A DNA stretch of 61,745 nucleotides, the filler included, from Pirum gemmata (lineage: Eukaryota), in the NCBI GenBank assembly GCA_002812295.1. It is 19 parts of 19 records of this genome, joined end to end, with 100 filler letters (N's around TTAATTAATTAA, not from the genome) between each part and the next. Parts side by side here need not be neighbours in the genome. Positions count along the whole stretch, not along the records: positions 51,778 to 54,765 come from PDIN01003812.1; positions 54,866 to 58,646 come from PDIN01003813.1; positions 58,747 to 61,745 come from PDIN01003814.1; 16 more parts are not named here. One strand, written 5' to 3'. The position numbers were made by a program, and so were the translations under genes. The first letter of the stretch is position 1; each line of letters begins with the position of its first letter. Of the stretch, positions 52,195 through 61,745 are shown piece after piece. The notes below the pieces were generated by a model. That model had not been told where the DNA came from, did not search any database, and saw only the letters and a program-made list of their open reading frames with translations.

Positions 52195-54231
52195 ATGAAG
52201 TTTTTTTGGTTTGCTGTTGTTTTAGCCACTAGTGCGTTTAGTACGCAGATAGTAGTAAAAGAAAAGGAATTGTGTGGACAAAAAACTGCTGATCCGTTTG
52301 AAGTTAGTAATACTAATTCGGGAGGACAAATTTGTGGAACCGAAACCTCTTTTGCGTATGATGCCTCGCAATCAACATGTTGCTTCGCTGATTGTGGTCC
52401 AAGCTTAGAAGGACGCACTCGTTGGGGTTGGCAGCTTTCTGTTCAACCTTCCTCCACCGAGAAACTTTACCCATTATATGCTGGTGCTGGGCAATGTGAT
52501 CTTGCAAAGGGAACTCAAGTTGGTAATGTAACTTTAACTTATAACGGCGAACAAATAACTTATACATTTTCCACTTATTCGCAATACAAAATGAAAGAGG
52601 TTCATGTTTATGCTGACATTGTCAGTATGAAAAACACGTCACCAGGTCAGTATAAAAAATCGAAGTATGGTTTTAGTGCGGATGCATTACAGGGAATACA
52701 GACTAATTCTGTTAACAAAACTAGTTTGCTAGCTTGTGCGTCATACAATGCAACATTGTATATGTCATTTCACTCAACTGTCAACGGGGAATGTGCGCCT
52801 CCTGCTCGTCCTGAAATTGTCAATCCTCCTGTTGCAGAACTTCCTGAACCCCCCGTGGAAGTACCGATAACACCCGAACCAGTGGTTACATGTGCTAACG
52901 ACATTGTAATATCTGTTAATGGCGTTGATTTAGATATGAACAGTATCGGAGCTATTAGTTTATCTCAATCCATGGCTGAACTTAGTATTAGAAATTCACC
53001 TGGGAAATCCGTTAAAAATATCGGCATTGTTACCGGTGGTAGGTATGTTTATGCTGATAAATGTCATATTGATAGCATCAACGCACCAGTAAGTGTTTTT
53101 ATTCAAGGAAAAAATGGAAAAGCTTCAAGTGGATCTGTAACTTTCAATTACAACAGCAATAATGAATGCTGTGAAATCCGAATCCCTGTTGTTGGGCAGA
53201 CAGAGCTGGGTTATTGTCAATCGAGTGGTGATCCTCATACAAAGACATTGGATGGCAAGAGACATTCATGGGGGGGATTTCCTCAAGCTGTGATTTACCA
53301 AGCTCAAGATACCCGTATCCTGGGTAAACATGTAAGTTTGGGGAAAAGAAATCGTGTAGGAAAGTATTTTAACCATGCTAGTTATTATTCATCTATATCA
53401 ATACAATATAAAGACACTGTAATTACCTTTTCGCCTGGCCGTATTTTGGGTGTTGAAACTTTAAACAACTCACCAGTAGAGCAAATTTGTACATATGCCA
53501 TTAACGCAGGTCGAGTACATTATTTTGAACTGCCTGATCAAACATTTATTATGGTAAATACACAATCAGGTGCTCTAGGACTTTATGTCCGTCCACCTTT
53601 TGCAATGAGGAACAAGGTTGAAAAGGGTGTATGTGGTAACTTTAACGGTGATGGACAGGATGATTATACTAGAGATGCAGTTGAGAATAGATTTCAAGCA
53701 TTTTCTTTTCCGGTTGATAACTCAACATTGAACCAGAAGTTACCAACTAACATGAATATGTATAGATGTGCTGTTGACTCAGCGGAAGGCGCAGGATGTA
53801 GTGCATGTGTTAAACCATTGTCTATTTCCGATAAATGTACAAACGTAGTTAAAGTATCCACTACTAATTTGAATGTGGCCAGTTTTTCATCACAACCTAC
53901 GGAAGGCTGTGGTTTATGCCCTGGAAAATGTATGTCTCCCGAAGGAACATGCTTTACTATGACTGGAGATCAGTGTGACAAATACATGTTTGCTGGTTAC
54001 CAATGGTGTAACACTGCGCAGTCTGATGATATTGAAACATCATCATGTTACAACAGTATAAAGGTTAACAACAGGACAAATTATATGTTAGCTGCTAATT
54101 GTGGGGTGACGGAAGATTTGGTTGATGAGTACGTGAATAACTGTGTATTTGATAACGCATTTTTAACAGACCCTGTACCAGCAATGAATTATTTAGATAG
54201 CCTTTATGAGTTTTGCTTGAACAATATTTAA
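52195..54231 (+). CDS. Secreted VWD-domain protein (678 aa, intronless)
   Basis: Signal peptide, N-terminal RWGW..LYAGAGQCD..KGT.VG domain, Pro/Glu linker, CQSSGDPHTKTLDG...GVCGNFNG VWD, and a C8-like end (NCVFD). Paralogous to 9358-12209. Confidence 0.92.
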   Translation: MKFFWFAVVLATSAFSTQIVVKEKELCGQKTADPFEVSNTNSGGQICGTETSFAYDASQSTCCFADCGPSLEGRTRWGWQLSVQPSSTEKLYPLYAGAGQCDLAKGTQVGNVTLTYNGEQITYTFSTYSQYKMKEVHVYADIVSMKNTSPGQYKKSKYGFSADALQGIQTNSVNKTSLLACASYNATLYMSFHSTVNGECAPPARPEIVNPPVAELPEPPVEVPITPEPVVTCANDIVISVNGVDLDMNSIGAISLSQSMAELSIRNSPGKSVKNIGIVTGGRYVYADKCHIDSINAPVSVFIQGKNGKASSGSVTFNYNSNNECCEIRIPVVGQTELGYCQSSGDPHTKTLDGKRHSWGGFPQAVIYQAQDTRILGKHVSLGKRNRVGKYFNHASYYSSISIQYKDTVITFSPGRILGVETLNNSPVEQICTYAINAGRVHYFELPDQTFIMVNTQSGALGLYVRPPFAMRNKVEKGVCGNFNGDGQDDYTRDAVENRFQAFSFPVDNSTLNQKLPTNMNMYRCAVDSAEGAGCSACVKPLSISDKCTNVVKVSTTNLNVASFSSQPTEGCGLCPGKCMSPEGTCFTMTGDQCDKYMFAGYQWCNTAQSDDIETSSCYNSIKVNNRTNYMLAANCGVTEDLVDEYVNNCVFDNAFLTDPVPAMNYLDSLYEFCLNNI

Positions 54232-54494
54232 TTAATCTTTATAAAGGTTTTTTTTCTCCTGTTTGTTTTGTTTATTTAGTTTTGGCTTTATTTAATTAAT
54301 CTTTATAAAGATTTTTTTCCTCCTGTTTGAGGTTTTTTTTCTCCTGTTGTTTATTTAGTTTTGGCTTTATTACAATAATAAAAATAAGAAAGTTGATTCA
54401 ATTAAGTTTTTCGAACTTCTAATGATTTCGTTTGTCACACTTTTCAAAAATATTGTTAACATTATTTATTCCAAATAAGATTTTTGAAATTAGT

Positions 54495-54704
54495 TTAGTC
54501 AACTTCTTCAAATAATACTTCTAAATTTTTTAAAATGTAGTTATATAAATTAAGTTTTGGTTGCGCTGGTGTACTTAAAGTATAGAGCGTATATTCTCCA
54601 ATTGGTAAGAGTTTTGCTGGAAATCCTATTATTTGGTTGTTTATATATAATCCGCTAATGCGAGGTACATATGTTGCTTTACTTCTGTCAAACATGTAAT
54701 ACAT
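54495..54704 (-). CDS. Short intronless ORF of unknown origin (possibly a decayed fragment)
   Basis: 69 non-low-complexity codons near the contig end; no recognisable motif. Confidence 0.3.
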   Translation of the reverse strand: MYYMFDRSKATYVPRISGLYINNQIIGFPAKLLPIGEYTLYTLSTPAQPKLNLYNYILKNLEVLFEEVD

Positions 54705-54910
54705 TAATATAATTAACTTAAACTTAATTACTAGTCAAAAATTAAAAATATAATAATTATTTGACNNNNNNNNNNNNNNNNNNNNNNNNNNNNNNNNNNN
54801 NNNNNNNNNTTAATTAATTAANNNNNNNNNNNNNNNNNNNNNNNNNNNNNNNNNNNNNNNNNNNNAATAATAATAATAATAATAATATTGAAAGCCTGCA
54901 AACATTAAAA

Positions 54911-55954
54911 ATGAAACAGTTTCAATGGATTTCAGGACGACAATTGCTTTATGAAGATTTAAGAGATGAATTAACTGGCGATTCAGTATCGAATCACACG
55001 GATGATTCTTTGTTTCAAAACCCTGGTATACTACAATTACCAGAACGAAAAATAACGATGGAAATAACTGATGGCTCTAATGCCATTTGCAATAGTAATT
55101 CTTTTCATAAGAAGTATAAAGCAAGAATAGTGAAAAATAACACACCTTTTCAGTTTGATCAAAAGATGGTTGAAAAATACCCGCACGCGCAACATCGGTT
55201 ACGAGTTATAACCTACAATTATGCAGATAATTATGTAAATGATTATTTAGTATCAGAAAAAACGGAAAAAGAAAATGGCAAAATTGTTAATAAAAAAGGC
55301 TCAGGTTTGTTTATAGAAAAGCATGAATTTATTCAAGCCATCACTCCAATGAATAAAGAGTGTGGTGGCTTTGTTATTCTGGGTAGTATTAACAAAAACA
55401 ACAACAACAGCAGCAGCAGCAACAGCAATAACAACAACAACAACAACTACAATGCTAATAATCCCAGTTATTGTGATGATGATATAAACAGTAGTTGTGA
55501 TTCCCAAGAGAAAAATCAAGAACTAGAGTTATTAGCTGTGTCTATTCCTTTTGGTTATACTTTATTAGTTGATTCCTGGTGCATTCATGGTGATTCAACT
55601 TTAACAGGCATGTTTATGATGGCTATGACGGGAAATCACACAGCCATGCAAACCGCAGACACTGTTTTTATGAAGAATGGAGAAGAAAATGTAACTGTAT
55701 CCGTATCTAACACTAACTATGTCTCTCCTAAATATTGTGCACCCTTATCTATGATAACAATGACCTCTAATGAAAAGGATTTGTTGGAAATACTGAAAGA
55801 AGATGAAGAAATTAGAAAAAGAATAAAAGAACACACACCCTTTTGGTGGAAAGCTGTTATAACCGCACTACCATTACCAAATTTAAAAACTTTAAACTAT
55901 CTCCCCAACCCCCCAAATATAAGTGATGATACTATCGGGTTAAAACGGGAATAG
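54911..55954 (+). CDS. Hypothetical protein with a probable cupin (ureidoglycolate-lyase-like) fold, 347 aa
   Basis: Long clean ORF. FIEKHEFIQAITP and IPFGYTLLVDSWCIHGD resemble the E-x-H..Q and distal H metal ligands of AllA-like cupins. Internal poly-N/S insertion. Function is inference. Confidence 0.7.
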   Translation: MKQFQWISGRQLLYEDLRDELTGDSVSNHTDDSLFQNPGILQLPERKITMEITDGSNAICNSNSFHKKYKARIVKNNTPFQFDQKMVEKYPHAQHRLRVITYNYADNYVNDYLVSEKTEKENGKIVNKKGSGLFIEKHEFIQAITPMNKECGGFVILGSINKNNNNSSSSNSNNNNNNNYNANNPSYCDDDINSSCDSQEKNQELELLAVSIPFGYTLLVDSWCIHGDSTLTGMFMMAMTGNHTAMQTADTVFMKNGEENVTVSVSNTNYVSPKYCAPLSMITMTSNEKDLLEILKEDEEIRKRIKEHTPFWWKAVITALPLPNLKTLNYLPNPPNISDDTIGLKRE

Positions 55955-56991
55955 TAACAATATTACAAAATAATATTTTAATGCTATTGGGTAAAATGAG
56001 AATAATAATAATAATAATAATAAAAGCATGATAACATTTTTTTATTTTATTTTTTACTTTATATATCACAATATTATATTATTGTATAAACAAACAAACA
56101 ACAAACAAACAAACAACAAACCAGTTATTATACTATTATAAATTAAATTATTAAAAGTGATAATAATATTGGGTAAAAATGAGAATAAAAACAATTGCAA
56201 TAACAATAAAAGTAACATTTTTTAATTTTATGTTTTACTTTATATATCATAATATTATATATTATCGTATAAACAAACAAACAACAAACAAACAAACAAC
56301 AAACAAACAAACAACAAACAAACAAACAACAAACAAACAAACAAACAACAAACAAACAACAAACCAGTTATTATACTACTAAAATTATTGTGGACTTGCA
56401 ATTGTAATTTAGATAATTATATAGTTTATTATGTGGATGTGAGATAGAAGTTATTTATTATGTATAATATATTATAAAAATTAATTAGTTTTTTGTTTTT
56501 GTCCACTTTTTCGGCATAATCAGGAGAATCGAGCTCAATATATGTATTAATATAAACCCTTCTTTTTACAAACACAAATATATAGTAAGTACTATTATCA
56601 AAACTGAGAATAAGCTTATTAGGTGTGATGTGGATAACCAACGCCAATTGCAACACAGCAACAACAACAACAACAACAACAACAATTAATCATAGCGACA
56701 GCCACAACAACAGCATTATTGCTTTGGGTACTGACGGGACCGAAAACAACTATAATAAATCAAAAATGCTAAATTTTCTTAGATTGTCCCATGGCCGACC
56801 CTTCTGAAAATAATTTTTTTAATAGTAACAAGTTACTAACAACAACAACAACAACAACAACAATTATAATCAACGTACTTTTTACGAGAAAAGTTGTGTT
56901 TAGGATGCTGGTGATAGACGATGAGAATAGAGTTGTACGCGGCTAAGTAGTTTGTCTTGTATTATGAATTTACATATATAATATTATATAT

Positions 56992-57136
56992 TGTTGAGAA
57001 AAACCAATTTTTGTGTTTATGTTATTCCAGGGTTTCGGGTAGTTTTTCGCCTTTTGGGTTTTGCTGAGTTTTTGCGATCTTTGTTTGTTCGCGTGTTTGT
57101 TCACGTGTTGGTTTGTGTGTTTAGTTTTTCTCAACA
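56992..57136. mobile_element. Probable solo LTR (145 bp)
   Basis: TGTTGAGAAAAAC...GTTTTTCTCAACA termini with identical 5-bp flanks TATAT. Confidence 0.6.
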
Positions 57137-57436
57137 TATATTATATATGATTACTAATTAAAAGTTTTATTCCCAACTTCCTTTATATAAATGCTATTAT
57201 CAATACTATTAGGCTCTGGTAGGCACCGGTGGTTAGATACAGAAAAGAAAATCCTTTCATCCCACTCGAGTTTGTCTTGCATTGTATTATAAATTTACTG
57301 TAGTAGTATTAATCAAAGTGTTAGGTCTCATGGTTAGGGCTAGCTAGACTATAACTTCATATTTGCTATTATTATTATATATATATTAGACTGATTGGGA
57401 ACCTAGGTAATATACTATGATAATATCAGAGACCTA

Positions 57437-57623
57437 TCGTGCTTTTCGTTTATTTTGTCATTCTGAATAATTATTTGGAGGGTTATAATATTTAAATCGA
57501 AGTTTTTAAATCAATATATAGATAATAAAATTGTATCAAATTAAATTAAATAGATTTATATTGTTTTAATTTGGTACTATTTATTGTATAATTTATGATG
57601 ACAAAACAACTGAAAAGCACTCG
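57437..57623 (-). mobile_element. MITE family A copy
   Basis: TA|TCGTGCTTTTCG...CTGAAAAGCAC. Confidence 0.85.
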
Positions 57624-58230
57624 AGTCTATAATAATAGATAGTGATGATAACCGGGGGCGGTCTTTAGCTAGTCCGACTCTCTACACTGTCTCTACTAGT
57701 AGCTACGATATAATATACATAGCAACGCAACCTTTTCAATGTCAATATTAATATTGTTTCAAAGAATTTCCACCAGAAGTCAAACTAAAAATCTTTGAAC
57801 ATAATATCGTGCTTTTCAGTTGTTTTGTCATCATAAAATATACAATAAAGAGTACCAAATTAATACAATATAAATCCATTTCATTTAATTTGGTATATTT
57901 TATTATCTATTTANTGTTGTTGTTGTTGTTTCAAATACGATGCTACATACTATTAGCTATTGTAGTAGTGTGCTATAAGTAGTTTAGTATAAGTCGATAT
58001 AAATAAACAATAACGTAATGATAATTTTATCATCAATAATAATCAGTTATAAACAATAACGATCAACCATCCTCTGTTTTACTCTGTTTTAAATTTTGAG
58101 AGTGGTTTATTTTTTGGTGACTAGTAGATTGGGGTCTACTGCTAGGTTAGGGTAGCTGTTAGGGTTAGCTACTGAAGGGGTTAGCTAGCTGCTAGCTAGC
58201 CTAGCCTTAGACCACGCAAAGTGTAACTGA

Positions 58231-58419
58231 GAGATACGGGAAAACATAATCGAATCAAATAGCTCGAACCTAATTTTTAAATAGTGATAATTTTGAAATG
58301 ATATTCTTTTTTTTTCGAGTTTCAAGATTTTTCTATGAAATTTCTAAGATTTTGAAATCAGATCGAAAAATTTTGAAAGTTTCAAACCAGTCTCGATTCG
58401 ATAGTTTTTCCCGCATCTC
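58231..58419. mobile_element. MITE family F copy
   Basis: GAGATACGGGAAAAC...GTTTTTCCCGCATCTC|TA. Confidence 0.82.
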
Positions 58420-58867
58420 TAAGGGCAAACAACAAACAAAAATGACGTTTTTGCACCTCTTTATGTCAATTATATACGTCACTTTAGCTTCATATACGTC
58501 ATTTAAATTGCGTCATTTGCAGTTTTCAAAAATAGTAATACTAATACTATAATAAGTTCTAAGTCTTGTTATGGTATGGGGCTGTTCAATAATTATTACA
58601 TAACGGTATGTATGCGACTATATGCGATTCAATAGGCTCTAGCTAGNNNNNNNNNNNNNNNNNNNNNNNNNNNNNNNNNNNNNNNNNNNNTTAATTAATT
58701 AANNNNNNNNNNNNNNNNNNNNNNNNNNNNNNNNNNNNNNNNNNNNATTATTATTATTATTATTATTGTAGTCGTAAATTTTGAAGTGTAACCAAGTCAA
58801 GCTTGGCTCTCGCCTCTGTCAAGACTCAAATCAAAGTGCTCAGTTGTTTTGGCAATCTAGAGCTATC

Positions 58868-59050
58868 AATACAGGGAAAAGCCATCGAATCGAGACTAGT
58901 TCGAAAATTTCGAAATTTTTCGATCTAATTTTAAGTATCGACTCACTTTTGATTTTATAGAAAAAACTTGAAACTCGAAAAAAAAAGAATATCATTTCAA
59001 AATTGTCACTGGTTCAAGCTGTTTGATTCGATTATGCTTCCCGTATATCC
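58868..59050. mobile_element. MITE family F copy (opposite orientation)
   Basis: GGGAAAAGCCATCGAATCGAGACTAGTTCG...GATTATGCTTCCCGTATATCC. Confidence 0.75.
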
Positions 59051-59059
59051 AAATAGCTA

Positions 59060-60466
59060 TTGTGTGCTTTTCATTTATTTTGCCACCCCAAATATTTATT
59101 TGGCTGTTTATAATATATAAATTGATACTTTTAAATAAATTAATATATAATAAAACATACCAAATTAAATGCAATGGATCTATATTGTATTAATTTGGTA
59201 CTATTTATTGTATATTTTATGACGACAAAATAACTGAAAAGCACGATAGCTACTAGCTAGCTAGTAGACTATAGCTAGCTACTAGCTAGCTACGACTACA
59301 CCAGTATGATAGCTCAGAGGTGATAGAAAGTGTGATAAAAGACGTCATTTATTCTTTGATAGAAGTCATTGCTCAAAAGTGTGACTTAAACTGTTTTAGG
59401 CATTAATTAATTATTAAAATGAACTATAAAATTATGACTAAAAGTGTTTTGGTCAAAGAGGCATGTTATAGTTACCGTAAGATTAGATAATAGGTGGCGT
59501 CTTTTATGGATGATTCTTCCTAATCTATGATATATAAGTAATATTAGTCTATAAGTTCTAGCTAGTCTATAGTACTTTTCGCCTGTTTTGTCATCAAAAA
59601 ATATACAATAAATAGTACCAAATTAATATAATATAAACCCATTTAAATTAATTTGGTATATTTTATTATTTATTTATTCATTTAAAAATGTCAATTTAAA
59701 TATTATAACCCTCCAAATAAATATTCAGAGCGACAAAATAAGTGAAAAGCACGATACTAGTTATTATGATAGTACGAACGACAATCAAATCATTAATTGA
59801 CTTATTATTATTATATATATAGTCTCTACCAAAGTATTAATTATCGTATGGAACAAAGTCAACAAACTACAACTATATATATATTATATTGCATTATAAC
59901 TATATTATTACAAAGTGCTTTTCAGTTATTTTTGTCATAATAAAATATACAATAAATAGTACCAAATTAATATAATATAAATCCATTTAATTTAATTTGG
60001 TATATTTTATTATTTTTTTATTCATTTAAAAGTGTCAAATTAAAGATTATAACCCTCCAAATAAACACTCATAGCGACAAAATAATGATATAAGTAAGTT
60101 ATACATAGTACTTACATAATATAAAAAGGAAAACTGGACATTTTTTTACGCGAACTAAAAAATGCGATTATTTCTTGAAAACACTTTGAAAACCCAAGAA
60201 GTCGCACGCACCGCACCGACTCACGCTCACACGAGCCACGTCACCCCCATGTGAGGCACGAGTAGTACAGCAGTACTGTACGAGTGCTTTTCAGTTGTTT
60301 TGTCGTCATAAAATAAATAATAAAAAGTACCGAATTAATACAATATAAATCCATTTAATTTAATTTGGTATATTTTATTATATATTTATTTATTTAAAAG
60401 TATCAGTTTAAATATTATAAACAACCAAATAAATATTCGGAGTGACAAAATAAATGAAAAGCACGA
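59060..60466. mobile_element. Four family A MITE copies (59060-59246, 59572-59754, ~59915-60085, 60281-60466)
   Basis: Shared interior; three end TGAAAAGCACGA|TA. Confidence 0.85.
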
Positions 60467-60908
60467 TAATAATCACTAATAATAATCAGGCGATAATATG
60501 ACTAAACATCTTTTGTGATTAGTTCAAATTTTGAAACTCTGTAAGATAAATTAGATAATATCCAATAGTATAATAACTTTTTTTTTTTTTAATACCAGTA
60601 AGAGGTCAGGGTAAGAGGTTTAGGAATAACTTCCTAAAAAAGCTATGCAGTCTATATACTATTTAAACTGCGATTAGGCTTGCTCTGTTAAAAAAAATTG
60701 AGATTTCGAGTTTGTATATTAGATTAATTAACAAGTTCGAAATTCTCAAGCTTACAATTAAGTATTCAAATATATTTATTTATTAATAAATCCGAAAAAT
60801 ACGAAAAAAACATAATATGTCACGTCAAGGGGTAGGTAGATAGGTAGTATTTGACCAGAAATTAACGTCGAGGGGTAGGTAGGTAGGGGTATTTGAAGCT
60901 GTGTTTAA

Positions 60909-61340
60909 GGGTTGTTTTCCATATTATAGGAAAATCGCTTTTTTTAAAAAAAAAACTAAAACTACCCTTGTGAAAGCTTGTCTCCTAGCTACTACTAGCA
61001 AATCCCGACCGAAAATCCCGATTCAAATTACACGACCAATTTTGAAAAATCATACTACATAATAGCAGAATACGATTCGAGACCATTTATTGCATCGATC
61101 CGAGTCAAAAAATATGAAGCCCTTTTTAATACAAGGGAGCGTTCAAATACTGGTACTACGTAACGCCAATTTCCGGTCAAACACAGCTTCAAATACCCCC
61201 TATCTACCTACCCCTCGACGTTAATTTCCGGTCGAATACCACCTACCTACCTACCCCTTGACGTGATGTATCACCTGAACGCACCAAGGGGGTAATTTAA
61301 AAGCGATTTCCTACACCAGGTATAATATAGAAAACAACCC
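60909..61340. mobile_element. TIR element family E (GGGTTGTTTTC...GAAAACAACCC) containing a nested D copy (61135-61285)
   Basis: TAA|GGGTTGTTTTCCATATTATAGGAAAATCGCTTTT is mirrored by AAAAGCGATTTCCTA...TAATATAGAAAACAACCC. Confidence 0.72.
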
Positions 61341-61361
61341 TGGTCTACCGTCTACCTGGTA

Positions 61362-61516
61362 TCGTGCTTTTCAGTTATTTTGTCGTCTTAAAATATACAA
61401 TAAATAGTACCAAATTAATACAATATAAATCCATTTAATTTAATTTGGTATATTTTATTATATATTTTAAACAACCAAATAAATATTCGGAGTGACAAAA
61501 TAAATGAAAAGCACAA
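61362..61516 (+). mobile_element. MITE family A copy with an internal deletion
   Basis: TA|TCGTGCTTTTCA...TGAAAAGCACAA|TA. Confidence 0.87.
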
Positions 61517-61658
61517 TATCATAGCTTAGGTCAGATCTACAGGATTCTACACAGACACGTGACTATATTATACTATCATACAACGTGATGTAATCATGTA
61601 GAGTACATAGGTATCCACACAGTTTTTTCTAAAAAAGTTCTTTACTATTGAACTTGTT

Positions 61659-61722
61659 TTAGGGTTAGGTTTAGGGTTAGGGTTAGGGTTAGGGTTAGGG
61701 TTAGGGTTAGGGTTAGGGTTAG
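61659..61722 (+). repeat. Interstitial (TTAGGG)n
   Basis: About 10 units followed by non-telomeric sequence. Similar short blocks at ~2603, 15912, 22679, 26411, 45594, 46338 and 51805. Confidence 0.9.
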
Positions 61723-61745
61723 AGCAACCGCAAATAAAAAACTTA

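Noticed and set aside
9356..55954. Apparent cluster of secreted/surface genes and HGT candidates
   Set aside because: They lie on different contigs joined artificially, so no synteny can be inferred.
61659..61745. True chromosome end
   Set aside because: The short array is followed by non-telomeric sequence, and similar blocks are internal throughout the window.

Overview
This is not a continuous chromosomal segment. It is an artificial concatenation of 19 small (mostly ~3 kb) contigs/scaffolds of a very AT-rich, microsatellite-rich eukaryote, joined by 18 identical 100-nt linkers (44 N + TTAATTAATTAA + 44 N), so neighbourhood across linkers is meaningless. GT-AG introns, the standard genetic code, TTAGGG repeats and animal-like genes suggest a unicellular opisthokont/holozoan; the taxon is inference only. 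Supported genes: two paralogous secreted Cys-rich VWD (GDPH) proteins, one with a PAN/apple-like module inserted in the VWD; a probable GPI-anchored glycoprotein; a PTTG1IP-like last exon; a proteolipid (PLP/DM20/M6)-like membrane protein; an intronless bacterial-type NhaC antiporter broken by a 1-nt frameshift; an OMS1-like methyltransferase last exon; a cupin/ureidoglycolate-lyase-like protein; and several partial genes. Mobile DNA: an L1/Tx1-like RT relic, a copia gag relic, a solo LTR, a decayed virus-like zinc-finger/SET-like ORF next to a 14-bp tandem array, at least six MITE families (some nested, one seeding a satellite) and many interstitial telomeric arrays. The most unusual signal is that much intergenic DNA parses as chains of TA dinucleotides separated by a small vocabulary of 1-5 nt spacers (GC, TCA/TGA, TCG/CGA/TCGA, GAC/GTC, CCAG/CTGG), several matching the terminal bases of the local TIR elements. 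This is what recursively accumulated cut-and-paste excision footprints would look like.
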